Origin: Anthoceros angustus
Lineage: Eukaryota; Plantae; Anthocerotophyta
DNA: 64,000 nt
Assembly (NCBI GenBank): GCA_010909165.1
Contig: MU008160.1
Location: 992,001-1,056,000, forward strand
Direction: 5' to 3'
Each line of letters begins with the position of its first letter. The stretch's first letter is position 1. A program made the translations under genes and the position numbers. Shown here piece after piece: positions 12,371-23,441 of the stretch. The notes beneath the pieces were generated by a model, which searched no databases, was not told the DNA's origin, and saw only the letters and a program-made list of their open reading frames with translations.

Positions 12371-13084
12371 GCATGACCGGCCACCCGACGCCATGGTCTT
12401 CTTGTTTGAGGAGCTCGTGCTTCTTCTGCTACAGGGAGGATCGTGCTTCTTAATGTTTCCAGCATCATAGGTTCCCTCACAAAAACACAATTCCATTGTT
12501 CACAGCTAAGACGCTTGACACAACTGGGCGTGTGCCGAGGTTCAATGTTCTTTGGAACATGGAAGCCGCCTTCAATTGGAACAAGAAACCGGGAACATGT
12601 GGCACCCGGTTCGTGGTGGGATTTGGGGAATCCTGTGCTGAAATTCGTTCTACCACTCCTCCGATGCCAGCGATTTACGGGTGTAGCAGAGATCCTTCTC
12701 CGTTGCGCGTTTCTTCAAATGCACACAAGTTGACCCTCAAGAACAGTTAGGCAAGGCCAATTCAGGAGATGCTCCTTTCACATTGCACTGAGCACATCGT
12801 TTCTTCTGATGTCTTTCAGGAAAAGGTTCGAACAGGCCCATCATGCGAGTCTGTCGTGGACTGCTTTCATACACGCAGTGCACTGCAATGGGCTATGGTA
12901 GTCCACCAAACTCAATTCTATGGGGCTGGACGGCCATTCTGTCCACGTTCATCCATACTCTACATCAACACTCATCAACTCTTCTGAGTCTGTTGTCACA
13001 ATGGCATTACTTCTAATCTGTTAGGTGTCTATTATGGGGTGACCGTATAACCGGCTTTCACTTTGTGTGCCTGGCCGCACGCGG

Positions 13085-15842
13085 CTAGAAAGCGGTGGAG
13101 GAAGTGCATCGCAGTGCTCACTGTCGGGCCATTGTCCTACTCTTCGAAACCATCCCCGCGGCATCTGGAGGAATCGCCGAGATGGGCGAGGTGGAAGAGG
13201 TGGAGGCTTTGTTGGGGGGCATCCATATCCAGAGCACCCGCCTTACACAAGCCGGATGTTGCGAGAATGTATGGGTGTGGGCATCGCGATTTGGATGTGA
13301 AGCTTTGGGAGGCCTCGCTGGGCACTTGCAGCCCACGAGTTGAGTCAGAGGGTCGACCAGATGCTGAGGAGGTTGGGGAGGTGAGCGACGCGCCGCCCCA
13401 CTCGGCGCCTCATCTGGACTGTCATTCAACCATGTGATGACATGGGTACTGGACAATAAGCGGCGTTTGCTCGCTCCCGGTGTTTGCCCCTCCTTCCATG
13501 ATTTGAACATTGCGGGCCTCGTCTGGACTTTGCAAGATGGGAGAATAATCGGCAAAGCCTTGGCCAGGAACATCACCTTGCAAGGGTTGCACATTGGTGG
13601 TGTGCTACATTGATATGAGGGTACGGGGGAATTGCTTCGCACCGGATTGGGAGAAACCAGCACCAAGGGACATGTGACGGTGGGCAATAGATGTGTCACT
13701 AGGCTCGTAATTCATGTAATTCAGAGATTGTGGCAAATCAAGATTTGGCACACGCACAAAATGTCTTTGTAACGCGAGAAAGTGGAGTTCTCAGTTGATA
13801 TCTGCCAAAGCGGGACTCAAAGTAGACAAGGCCAGAGCCCTCAAGAATGCGAGAGAAAGTGGAGTTCTCAGTTGATATCTGCCAAAGCGGGACTCGAAGT
13901 AGACAAGGCCAGAGCCCTCAAGAAACTGAGTATGGGAGGATGGTTTAGCACAGAGTTTAGTGATACAGTTTTTACATCCTTAGGGGGGAGTACAACTATA
14001 GAAACTCTCGATATTCGTGAATATAGCGAATTGACTTCAAAAGTAAGAAGCCTTGCATGAGAAGCATGCAGCCCTGGATCTAGTTAGTAAGTTGTAAGTA
14101 GTGGTGGTAAGACTTAGCTTAGGGCTTAAGGAAGAAAGTCTGCTTTAAGCAGTTACTTTGGAAATGTTGTAAGCCTCCCTATAAAAGGAGATGAGGCTAG
14201 CCCTAGTGAAGCATCTTGTGATCCTAGCATGGGGAGCTACACTCTTGAGGATAGGACTTTGGAGCCTAGAGGCCTTGGGAGCCTGGAGTGTGAGCATGTC
14301 TAGAAGGATCCTAGTACTTGGGAGCTACACTCTTGTGAGGATAGGACTGTGGTGCCTAGAGTGTGAGCGTGCTAGAGGAGAGTTGTTGAGGAGGAGATCG
14401 GGGAGAGCTAAGCTCCTAGCAGGCAAAGATGGGGAGCTCTCTCGATCTCTCATGTATTCTTGTTGACTCTTGTTGGAATAAATAGCGCGCAGTCTTTGCG
14501 AGCGAGTCGTCCGTGGAAGGACGGGGGCTACTTGGAGGCCTAGTGTGGTGATGTTTTTGTCACTAAGCTGCGACGCCCACCTCATTGAAAGGGGGTGTTA
14601 CTTCAAATATATTTACAGATCTTATGGGAAGCTTAGATTCAAATGAATCCTTGGTAACTATAGAAATAAATAATCAGCACTGGAAAATGGAAGGAAAAAG
14701 AGCATTGTTTAGTGAAGCTCCGCGACGAAATCGTCGTCAAGTTGCATATTTACCGGCAAGTTATAGAAAATGCTTCAGATTTGTACTTCCAAAAGTGGGT
14801 AGATTCTTTCTTCATGAATCATGAGAGATTATGTCTTACAAAGATATGAAAAAAAAGGTTTGAGGATGAATTGAAGTATTGGCTAACATTTATTGCATCT
14901 AATGTCAAGTAGGGAAGTGTAGTGAAACCAAAATTATTGGTTATAATTACGTACCTAGATAAATTTGAAAAAGAGGAACAACTTAGAGAAAGTATACAAA
15001 TGAAGTATGTAACAAGAGAGTTTTCAGATTTAATAGATATAATTCCAAAAATAGAAATGATCAAGGCTTATTCATTGAAATGCATAAAGAACGTATCACG
15101 TGAGATATTTAAAATCTTAAAAATTGCATGTGAGAACTCAAAATTAGTACCTAAGGTATGTGAGAAATTGAGTAAAGCCTTCATAAAGTAGGTATCTAAG
15201 AATCAACCTTTATGCAACAAGAGAGATTTGAAAGCTATTATGTGCAACATCTTGAAGAGTTCAAGCGGTTGACGTCTGCTGACCGAGAGAACATAGTATC
15301 TGCCATTTCATCCTATCTTCATGATGTTGGAAAAATTATCCAGTTGAAAATTAAAAATGTAATAGTACTTAATCCTAATTGGATTACTCACAACTTTCTA
15401 GGTCATTTCATACAATCACATAGTCCACTCTTACCCCCTACTACTGAAGGATTTGTGAAATGAGAATTACTTGAGTCAGTTCTTACTAACTTTTCAAAGG
15501 ACTATATCGGACTTGAGAAACTTTTCAAAGGACTATACCGGACTTTAGACTCAGGACTTGGTGAATATTATGTTGGAGTTGGAGTTATGTTACGAGGCAC
15601 CTCTAGATATGGAAAGGGTTTTTCATTCCAACAACCATCAATCGGCAAGTAGGCGCAAGTAGTGAAAGATCTCTACAATGGCCAACTACTTGAGAATGAT
15701 GTAAACTATGAGAATGATGTAAACTATGAGTTTATAGACTGCCGCTTCCTATGTCAAGATGTTCGAATTTTTTTAACTGACGATTTTTTCCCGAGGTTTC
15801 AGGTAAATATTTTTCTTTTTCTGGCAAGTTTTTGAGGTGAAA
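13085..15842 (+). pseudogene. TRN1-like: TORNADO1-like LRR-ROC-COR (ROCO) copy 1: solo-LTR insertion, deletion of ROC G1-G3, stops, truncated 3' end
   Basis: Colinear DNA homology to 23683-26070. It shows KPKLLVIITYLDK, YLHDVGKIIQLKIKNVIVLNPNWITHNFLGH and FFPRFQV. The segment equivalent to 24778-25111 is missing at junction 14812/14813. Confidence 0.85.
14042..14602 (+). mobile_element. 561-bp solo LTR with apparent AGTAA...TTACT termini and TCAAA target-site duplication
   Basis: The insertion is absent from the paralogue (TTGACTTCAAAAATATTCACAG at about 24562). It has TATAAAA at 14180, AATAAA at 14477, an LTR-like end GGGGGTGTTAC, and TCAAA at 14037-14041 and 14603-14607. Confidence 0.8.
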
Positions 15843-16033
15843 CATCGGGTATGCTGGGAGTTGCAGAGAATGGTAATCCGTTTACCCTTGTGATGGTCGA
15901 CGGCGTGTCCGCTAGGAACAACGATCTGCATTCAAATTAATCCGAGATGCTCGCTCTTCGGATGTGCATATGTATTTCCGCTCATTCGTATCGAGACCCT
16001 GTACATGTCCACCCGTCTACGAAGGAAGCCGGA

Positions 16034-16559
16034 TGAGAAGCCGCTTCCGTGAGTCTAAGACCTCGCCAATTCACTCCACAAGATACTTGCACGATTCTCA
16101 ACGCTCTCAACCTCACAACACAACACTAGGCTCCAGTAGCCCGTCATGACGACCGCAGGCCACCTCCTCGAGGTGTCATTTTATTGCAAGAATACAACAA
16201 TGGAATCTGGCTATCTATCGAGGAGGTGCTGCTCTTTATTGCAAGAATACAACAATGGAATCGGCTATGCCTGCCCGCACGCTCTTGATTCCATGACAAG
16301 CTCACTAGCCTCTCCAGCCTCTCTCAACACAAAGGCTTGCACAAGACACTGCTCTCTCTCAAAGAATGAGTAACTTGTTCCTCAAAGCTCTCGCTCTAGC
16401 CCTAATATATCCCGCAGCCTGACCTCAACTAGGCAGCTGTTAAATCTAGGGATTTTCTCAAAGAGTGAGTAACTTGTTCCTCAAAGCCCTCGCTCTAGCC
16501 CTTATATATCCCGCAGCCTGACCTCAACTAGGCAGCTGTTAAATCTAGGGATTCTTACA
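16034..16559 (-). mobile_element. LTR fragment related to the 14042 solo LTR, with an internal ~115-bp tandem duplication
   Basis: The minus strand starts TGTAAGAATCCC and shares GACGGGCTACTGGAG..CTAGTGT with the 14042 LTR. The left boundary and TSD are not resolved. Confidence 0.55.
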
Positions 16560-16947
16560 TACCACAGATCACTAAGAGTTCTCTCTAGGCAGCTCTTCAT
16601 TTATGGCTGTAACAATTCCTCTCTAACAAGAGATTGCATGAAGCATGGAACACATGCATCTTCTTAACATGCCAGCTACTAACTTAGCTTTTTACCTCTT
16701 TCAACTTTTCATCTTTCTACCTAGTTCACCAGTGCCGTTCCTGGTAGCGTGGGAGTTGCAGGGAATGATAATTCGCTTTTACCTGCTTGACAGTAATTCT
16801 GACAGCAGGTGTCTGTTGTGGAACAGCGGTCTGTCTTTTCTGGCCGGATTGATTTGTCCAAAGCCATCTCGTGATGCTCGCTCTTCCAGATGTGCATATG
16901 TATTTCCAGTCCTCATTCGTATCAGAGACCCTGTACTGTCCATGCAG

Positions 16948-18175
16948 GCTACAAGAATCCTCGCAGCAAGGGTCGCACCTACATCGGGCATACTGGGAGC
17001 TGCAGGGAATGGTAATTCGCTTACCTGCTTGACCGTAATTCTGACAGCAGGTGTCTGTTGTGGAACAGATTCACTGTAAATCCGCGCAGGCGTCTGAGGC
17101 AGCACAACGGTCTGGTCAAACAGGGAGCATGGCTGACAAAGAAGAACCGGCCCTGGAACATGATTCTTTGCGTGCACGGTTTCCACACACAGGTGGATGC
17201 TTTACAGGCGAGTGTGTCTACTTGGACCATGTTGTAGTCGTGAGTGTCTGAGCACACTCTCGATGTTGATCCACCGCTCTGTTCTGTTGTGTTCTGGTGC
17301 ACAGTTTGAATGGGCATGGCAGCATCCCCTCAAGTCTCTGGCGGTGAGGGAGGCCGCTGCCAAGATACAGATGAGGGGAATCCGTGGCAAGGTCCTTCTG
17401 CTTTTCATCATGCTCACATGTCGGAAATGGCAGAGGTAGGCAATGTTGCATGCTTTCTTCTCGTTTTGGTGCTTGCACAAGTCCGTGTTGAAGGCTGAGC
17501 AAGCTTCGTGTGCCTTGGCACAAGTGCAGCATGCACCTGAACGCGCAGTTCTTCTCCACCCAGTACGCGCACCTCCGAAACGGTTGCCCTCCTCTCGCAC
17601 GCCAGATGCGAGTTTCTGTTAACCCCATGGATGATATCCCCTGTTACGGGAGTGCAGCACCGGAGTCAGATGAAATGGAGGTCTCAGCAGAGGAGGAGGA
17701 GGAGGAGCAGGATGCAGGCAAGGAGCAAAGCCCTGCTCCGGAGTCACCACCGACACCCACAGCCCAGGCATGAGAGCCCCTGGGCATGTCCTCCCAGGAG
17801 ATGATGCCATCGGAGAAATCAAATTTGGTGCCCTGCGGTACCCGGACTCTTGAATGCAGCAGCCCTTGGTTGAGGAGACATTGCTCTGCTCCAGATTCAC
17901 CAGCAGCAGAACCCGAAAGCTCACCCTGCCAGGAGCTGCCTCTGCAGGAATCAAACTGGATGGCTCCCACCGACAGGATCCATTGCAACAACTCATGGCA
18001 ACCCAGGCAACGGAGGAAAGTGCGCAAGGAGGCAGCATTTTTCTGCCCTCCGAGTAGTTTTGAGGTGATTGTCATTGATGCTTCCCCTTTGCCAGCCCGC
18101 AGTGACAGGGAGGTGGTCTATATCGAGGCCTCTCCCCTTCCCGTCTGTAGGGGAGTAATAGTCATCGAGGACTGA
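16948..18175 (+). CDS. SLX1: SLX1-type GIY-YIG structure-specific endonuclease. The first exon was not found and there is an in-frame TGA at 17771-17773, so this may be a pseudogene
   Basis: Exons 16948-16987, 17069-17207, 17305-17435 and 17530-18175 splice to [77 protein letters not shown]...[30 protein letters not shown]. Confidence 0.85.
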
Positions 18176-18429
18176 CCTTGGTAGCGTGCCTGGCGTGCTT
18201 TTATGTGGGCCCTGACAAACAGTGTGTTAGGAAGAGGGGTGGCATTTGTGTGGCCTCCTGCGGGGAGCGGAGCATGAGTTCCTCTAGCTGGGCAGGCGAC
18301 AATTCTCAGCGGCTGGGGCTACAATTCGTCTGAGAGCAACCCTGAACCTTCAGTAGTCCCCAAGCCACTGCGCAACCGCACTAGATAGCTTCCAACAGTA
18401 GACTTAGACAGCCTCTAACATTATTCAGC

Positions 18430-19400
18430 AGACATGCAGATATCGTGGTCCTCATGGTAGAACTCTGGCAATGCGTCCGTCACCTGTCTTCATCATTCAA
18501 CGACCGCCAGAATGCAAAAACGTTTTGTCTTGGCCGGAATGCATGATGCATGGAGTTTCGGGCATTCGGTGAGCGAGAACGTTCTACAACCTAGTAGTGC
18601 ACCCTCGCAACATCCTGTACCGCATCAGACCCATCACCACAGAACCGGGCTCTGGACTGCCCGTCTCCGCAATGCACCACGGGCGGGGCCCGAGCACCTG
18701 ATGCGCGCAAGATCACGACATGCGGTTGGAGTTGCTGCTGCCGAAACACTCTACTGCTGCTGCTTTTGCCGGAGCACTTTGTTGTAACGTGTTGTTGCCA
18801 CAACACTTTGCTGCTGCTGTTGCCAAAACACTTTGCTGCTGCCGGAACAGGTACACTGAAAAGTGTTGGAAGGATGCTGGCCCTGGTACAGTTGAGGCTA
18901 TCCATACTGAATTGCAGGTCTGTAAGGTCTTCTCCAAGATGTAAGAAAACGAAGAGCGTGCGACAAGAGAAGTAAACGCAGTGCCGCCATCTGTCTTAAC
19001 ATGTTCCCACGTTTCCTTGAAACACTGCATTGCCATTTTTCCATCCCCATGTTCAGCGTAGCCATGCAGCACAGAACTCCAAGTCACCATATCTCTTGCA
19101 GGCAGTCTGTCAATTTCCTTGCCGGTTCCAGGAGGAGCTCGTTCTCGCTATTTTCCTACAGATCATGTCTTGCAAGCCTCTGGTGTTGGGTAGCGCAGTG
19201 CATAGGAAGGACTATACAAAGGTCGATAGGAGGACTGTGATCAGCTGTTCTAAACACTCCAATATGAACAAGCCTGCCTGAACTATCATTGGTGCACAGA
19301 TTTTCTGGCCAGTCTCATGATCCTGCGGTGGAAGAGATATGTAGGTGCAGATACTTACTCTGTCTTGTATCTGTGACGGCAGCTGTAAGCCTGTAGCCAT
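18430..19400 (-). pseudogene. Degenerate PLS-PPR/E gene fragment interrupted by low-complexity CTG/TTG repeats
   Basis: DRLPARDMVTWSSVLHGYAEHGDGKMAMQCF and ALLGCRTF (E1-like) occur in shifting frames. Confidence 0.65.
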
Positions 19401-19814
19401 GTTGGTGGATTTGTTGCTCCCGGTGACTGCATTTGTCGTCAGATAGTCACTTGTGGGATTTGGGGAGCCCAAAAGTATCCATTTCATGGTTTCCAATGTA
19501 TCTCAAGTCACACCAAGAGATGAACTTGAAGGTTTGTGCCCTGCTCCTCTGTGCACCTTGATCTACCGGTCTTGTGAGAAGTATAGATGAGACTTAGTAG
19601 TAGACAGGTTGCCGAACTGGAAATCGTTGATTGTGCAGGTTTGGTCTAGGATACGAAACAGGCATGAACCCGGATTTATTTCTCGCTACATTCAGGTAGT
19701 TAGATACAAGGGACTTAAGTGCTCATAGTTTGCAGAATATCCACTTTCCTGCTCGTAGGCAGCAACAAGCTGTGAAAGCTCTGTTGGTGGCACTATCGTC
19801 TAGCCTTCTACTTT

Positions 19815-20450
19815 AGGTGAACAAGCAACCATTCACGTTACATCAAAGTTCTTCATTATGCCGAGAATTTTGAAGTGCAGGGTACAATGGCGTTAGTTGG
19901 TCAAAAACAATAAGAAACGTTTCTTCAAGTTCAGATTGAAACGGGTGAAAAAAAAGTTTCCAATTCAAGAACCATCCTCATTGACACAGAACCTGTATCT
20001 AAGACAAAATATACTCGGCTTGAAGGAGCCGAACAGACCTTTCCAACTGGTGGACCTGGGGCATATTGAATTGGCAGTGCAAAGCAAGCAGGACCCTCTT
20101 GTTCCTCTTGGCATAAACTGCCGGCCCTCTGTCTCTGGCGGGGAATGTTGGATCAACATCGAGTGTGAAGCCTCAAAAGCATTTGATCTGAAGAATGTTG
20201 TAATCAGCATACCCTTGCCACCTTTGGCAAAGGATCCACCAAGCTTGAATCAAGTTGATGGAGACTGGACGTATGATGCACCAAAGTCCGTCCTGGACCT
20301 GGAATGGTCCATCACCTTAATTGATAATAGCAATCGGAATGGGACCATAAAGTTTGTGGTGCCACCAGCAGTTCCATTAGCCTTCTTGCCGATTGATGTG
20401 AAATTCACTGCCACCAAGACGTGCTGTGATACGAAGGTCGGCACCGTTAG
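19815..20450 (+). pseudogene. Coatomer delta (delta-COP) C-terminal mu-homology-domain fragment, copy 1
   Basis: [21 protein letters not shown] and [40 protein letters not shown]...LEWSITLIDNSNRNGTIKFVVPP. No N-terminal longin domain is seen nearby. Confidence 0.85.
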
Positions 20451-22191
20451 GACGGGTTTACTTACCGGCAGGGTTTACTTGCCGAGACTGGCTTTGTTCT
20501 GAAAGGATGATGCGTGCGGCTTTGTTGTTCTGTTTTGTAAGATGATTTTGGTGTTCGTCGTGTTTGTTGAATTGGCGGTGGTTTTGTTGTGGCAGGGTTA
20601 GGTTTGGCTGATGAGCTTGGACGGGGTCTGCATGGGAGCTTGACTACAACGTGGAGGCCACAAATGTGGAAGAATTTTGAGTATGGATCGAACCTTTTGT
20701 CATGAAGTTTTGGATTGTCCAAGCAGCAGTTGCTCCAGAGCTGTCGTAACATGTAGCCATCCTTCTGGCAGCTTTATTCCTTGGACTCTGGTTGATGGGA
20801 TCACAATTGGTGGCTTTCCCTTGTAGGAAGCACGTGCTCACTTGAAGTACATGGTGGTTCCTCGTACCCTGCCTATGACTACCAAGAGGGTCCTGACTAT
20901 GGAATGGGTGCAAGGTGATCGACCTGGGGACATGCAACTAATTGCAGAGGGGCATCGTCGAGTGGTCAGCTGGCTATTGTTGAGGATCAGAATGAAGCAA
21001 AGCGACATCTCATGCCGATGGTAGGTGGCAAAGTGAGAGCGTGCTGAATCTTGTCACACTGGATTTCAGTGTTCAGACGGTTCTACAGCCAGTGCACTGG
21101 CTTGAAGGAGCCGAACAGACCTTTCCAACTGGTGGACCTGGGGCATATTGAATTGGCGAGTGCAAAGCAAGCAGGACCTCTTGTTCCTCTTGGCATAAAC
21201 TGCCGGCCCTCTGTCTCTGGCGGGGAATGTTGGATCAACATCGAGTGTGAAGCCTCAAAAGCATTTGATCTGAAGAATGTTGTAATCAGCATACCCTTGC
21301 CACCTTTGCGGCAAAGGATCCACCAAGCTTGAATCAAGTTGATGGAGACTGGACGTATGATGCACCAAAGTCCGTCCTGGACCTGGAATGGTCCATCACC
21401 TTAATTGATAATACCAATCGGAATGGGACCATAAAGTTTGTGGTGCCACCAGCAGTTCCATTAGCCTTCTTGCCGATTGATGTGAAATTCACTGCCACCA
21501 AGACGTGCTGTGATACGAAGGTCGGCACCGTTAGGAAGGGTTTACTTACCGGCAGGGTTTACTTGCCGAGACTGGCTTTGTTCTGAAAGGATGATGCGTG
21601 CGGCTTTGTTGTTCTGTTTTGTAAGATGATTTTGGTGTTCGTCGTGTTTGTTGAATTGGCGGTGGTTTTGTGGCAGGGTTAGGTCTGGCTGATGAGCTTG
21701 GACGGGGTCTGCATGGGAGCTTGACTACAACGTGGAGGCCACAAATGTGGAAGAATTTTGAGTATGGATCGAACCTTTTGTCATGAAGTTTTGGATTGTC
21801 CAAGCAGCAGTTGCTCCAGAGCTGTCGTAACATGTAGCCATCCTTCTGGCAGCTTTATTCCTTGGACTCTGGTTGATGGGATCACAATTGGTGGCTTTCC
21901 CTTGTAGGAAGCACGTGCTCACTTGAAGTACATGGTGGTTCCTCGTACCTGCCTGCTATGACTACCAAGAGGGTCCTGACTATGGAATGGGTGCAAGGTG
22001 ATCGACCTGGGGACATGCAACTAATTGCAGAGGGGCATCGTCGAGTGGTTAGCTGGCTATTGTTGAGGATCAGAATGAAGCAAAGCGACATCTCATGCCG
22101 ATGGTAGGTGGCAAAGTGAGAGCGTGCTGAATCTTGTCACACTGGATTTCATCGACTGTTCAGACGGTTCTACAGCCACTGCACTGGCTTG
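20017..22191 (+). repeat. Tandem duplication, period 1082 bp, of a delta-COP/ABC1K chimeric segment
   Basis: Copies 20017-21098 and 21099-22191 are near-identical. The junction lies at the shared hexamer GGCTTG (20017, 21099, 22186). Confidence 0.9.
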
Positions 22192-22410
22192 GATTGCAGA
22201 TATTGAGGATTGTGATATTAGTGAGGGTTAGTGATTGTGTTACAGGTACTTGGACTTTAGCCTGCTTTGTCGCATGGAGAAGATGCATCAGGCTGCCATG
22301 TTTGCATCCTTTTCCCTTCTTGTGAATGGAGAATGGCGTTACCTTGCAGACGATCTAGCTGACATGGAAGTCCTGAAACCCACAACGGACCGGTTTGAAC
22401 TTCAGTTGGT
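20840..22410 (+). pseudogene. ABC1/UbiB atypical kinase internal fragments (20840-21020 and 21925-22410)
   Basis: KYMVVPRTLPMTTKRVLTMEWVQGD and YLDFSLLCRMEKMHQAAMFASFSLLVNGEWRYLADDLADMEVL resemble plant ABC1K subdomains. Confidence 0.7.
21099..21535 (+). pseudogene. delta-COP fragment, copy 2
   Basis: ORFs 21051-21332 and 21329-21586 repeat the copy-1 peptide. Confidence 0.85.
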
Positions 22411-23441
22411 ATGCTCCTGTTCATTCTCGGCATGTCAGCTAGGTGGAGTCATCCCTGCACTGATAATGTGATTTGCCGAGGAAAGTTCCACCATTCCCTC
22501 TTCCGCTTCCTAGATGATAATTGCTCCAAAACTGTTTGGAGACTGTGCCCGACACTGTTGGACATTCTTGACTCCCTGTTCGAGTAATGTGGTGGTGATG
22601 CGCTGGATGGGGTGGGTCCGCGCACTTTGCAGCTCTAGACCCGGGGCCAATCCTAGTTTTAAACCGTTGACGACTGTCACCAGGATATTCTCTGGAGACT
22701 GTGGTGCTGAACAGCTGTTAAAGCACGTGGCCAGGAAGGAGGCTGGGGAGCGCTTGGAGCCGGAAAGTGTCCCAGAAGCTTCTCAAGCGCGTGGCGTGCA
22801 GGCCTACAAAACGTAGGCTGCAGCACGGAGATGTAGCGAGGCTGTCCACTGATGCAGGCTTGGTGGTGGTGGTGGAAAGAGCGTCTCCAGATGATGCAGG
22901 TAGCTGGTCGACTAGTCGCTTTTGCCCTCGCACGCATAGATACGTTGCCACAGAGGTACCTGTGACTGGACATGAGCTCGAGGTGTTGTGATCATGCCAG
23001 TGCTGGCTTTGTGGGTTGGTGAGCTGCAGGTGCTTGCACGCGTGAATGGCAGTGTCCGGCCGGGGGGACGTGTGTGAGCGTAGGGTGCGATGGGCGTTGC
23101 AGTTGCAGTTGCCGGTGGAAGTAAGTGCCAATGTTTGTGCCCATCCGGATGGCTTTGAGCATGCGAGGGTGATTGTTGTGATGGCAAGCTCGGAGCGTGC
23201 ATGCTGATCATGAGCTGCAAGTGGTGGGCCTGCAATTGGTGCAGTGCTGCTGATAGTGGTGGCTGGGGCAGGTTGCCCGGCAGTGGTGCTGATGATAGCT
23301 TCGTGTTCCCAGGTGCAGGGGCTTGGCATCCTGTACTGTAGGTTCTCGTCGGAAACGCGTTGTGTGAATTCGGAGGTGGGGTACTGGTATGGAGTCGGAT
23401 CTGGTAGCCCCGTGGGCCGTGTCACAGTGGAACGAATTGGC

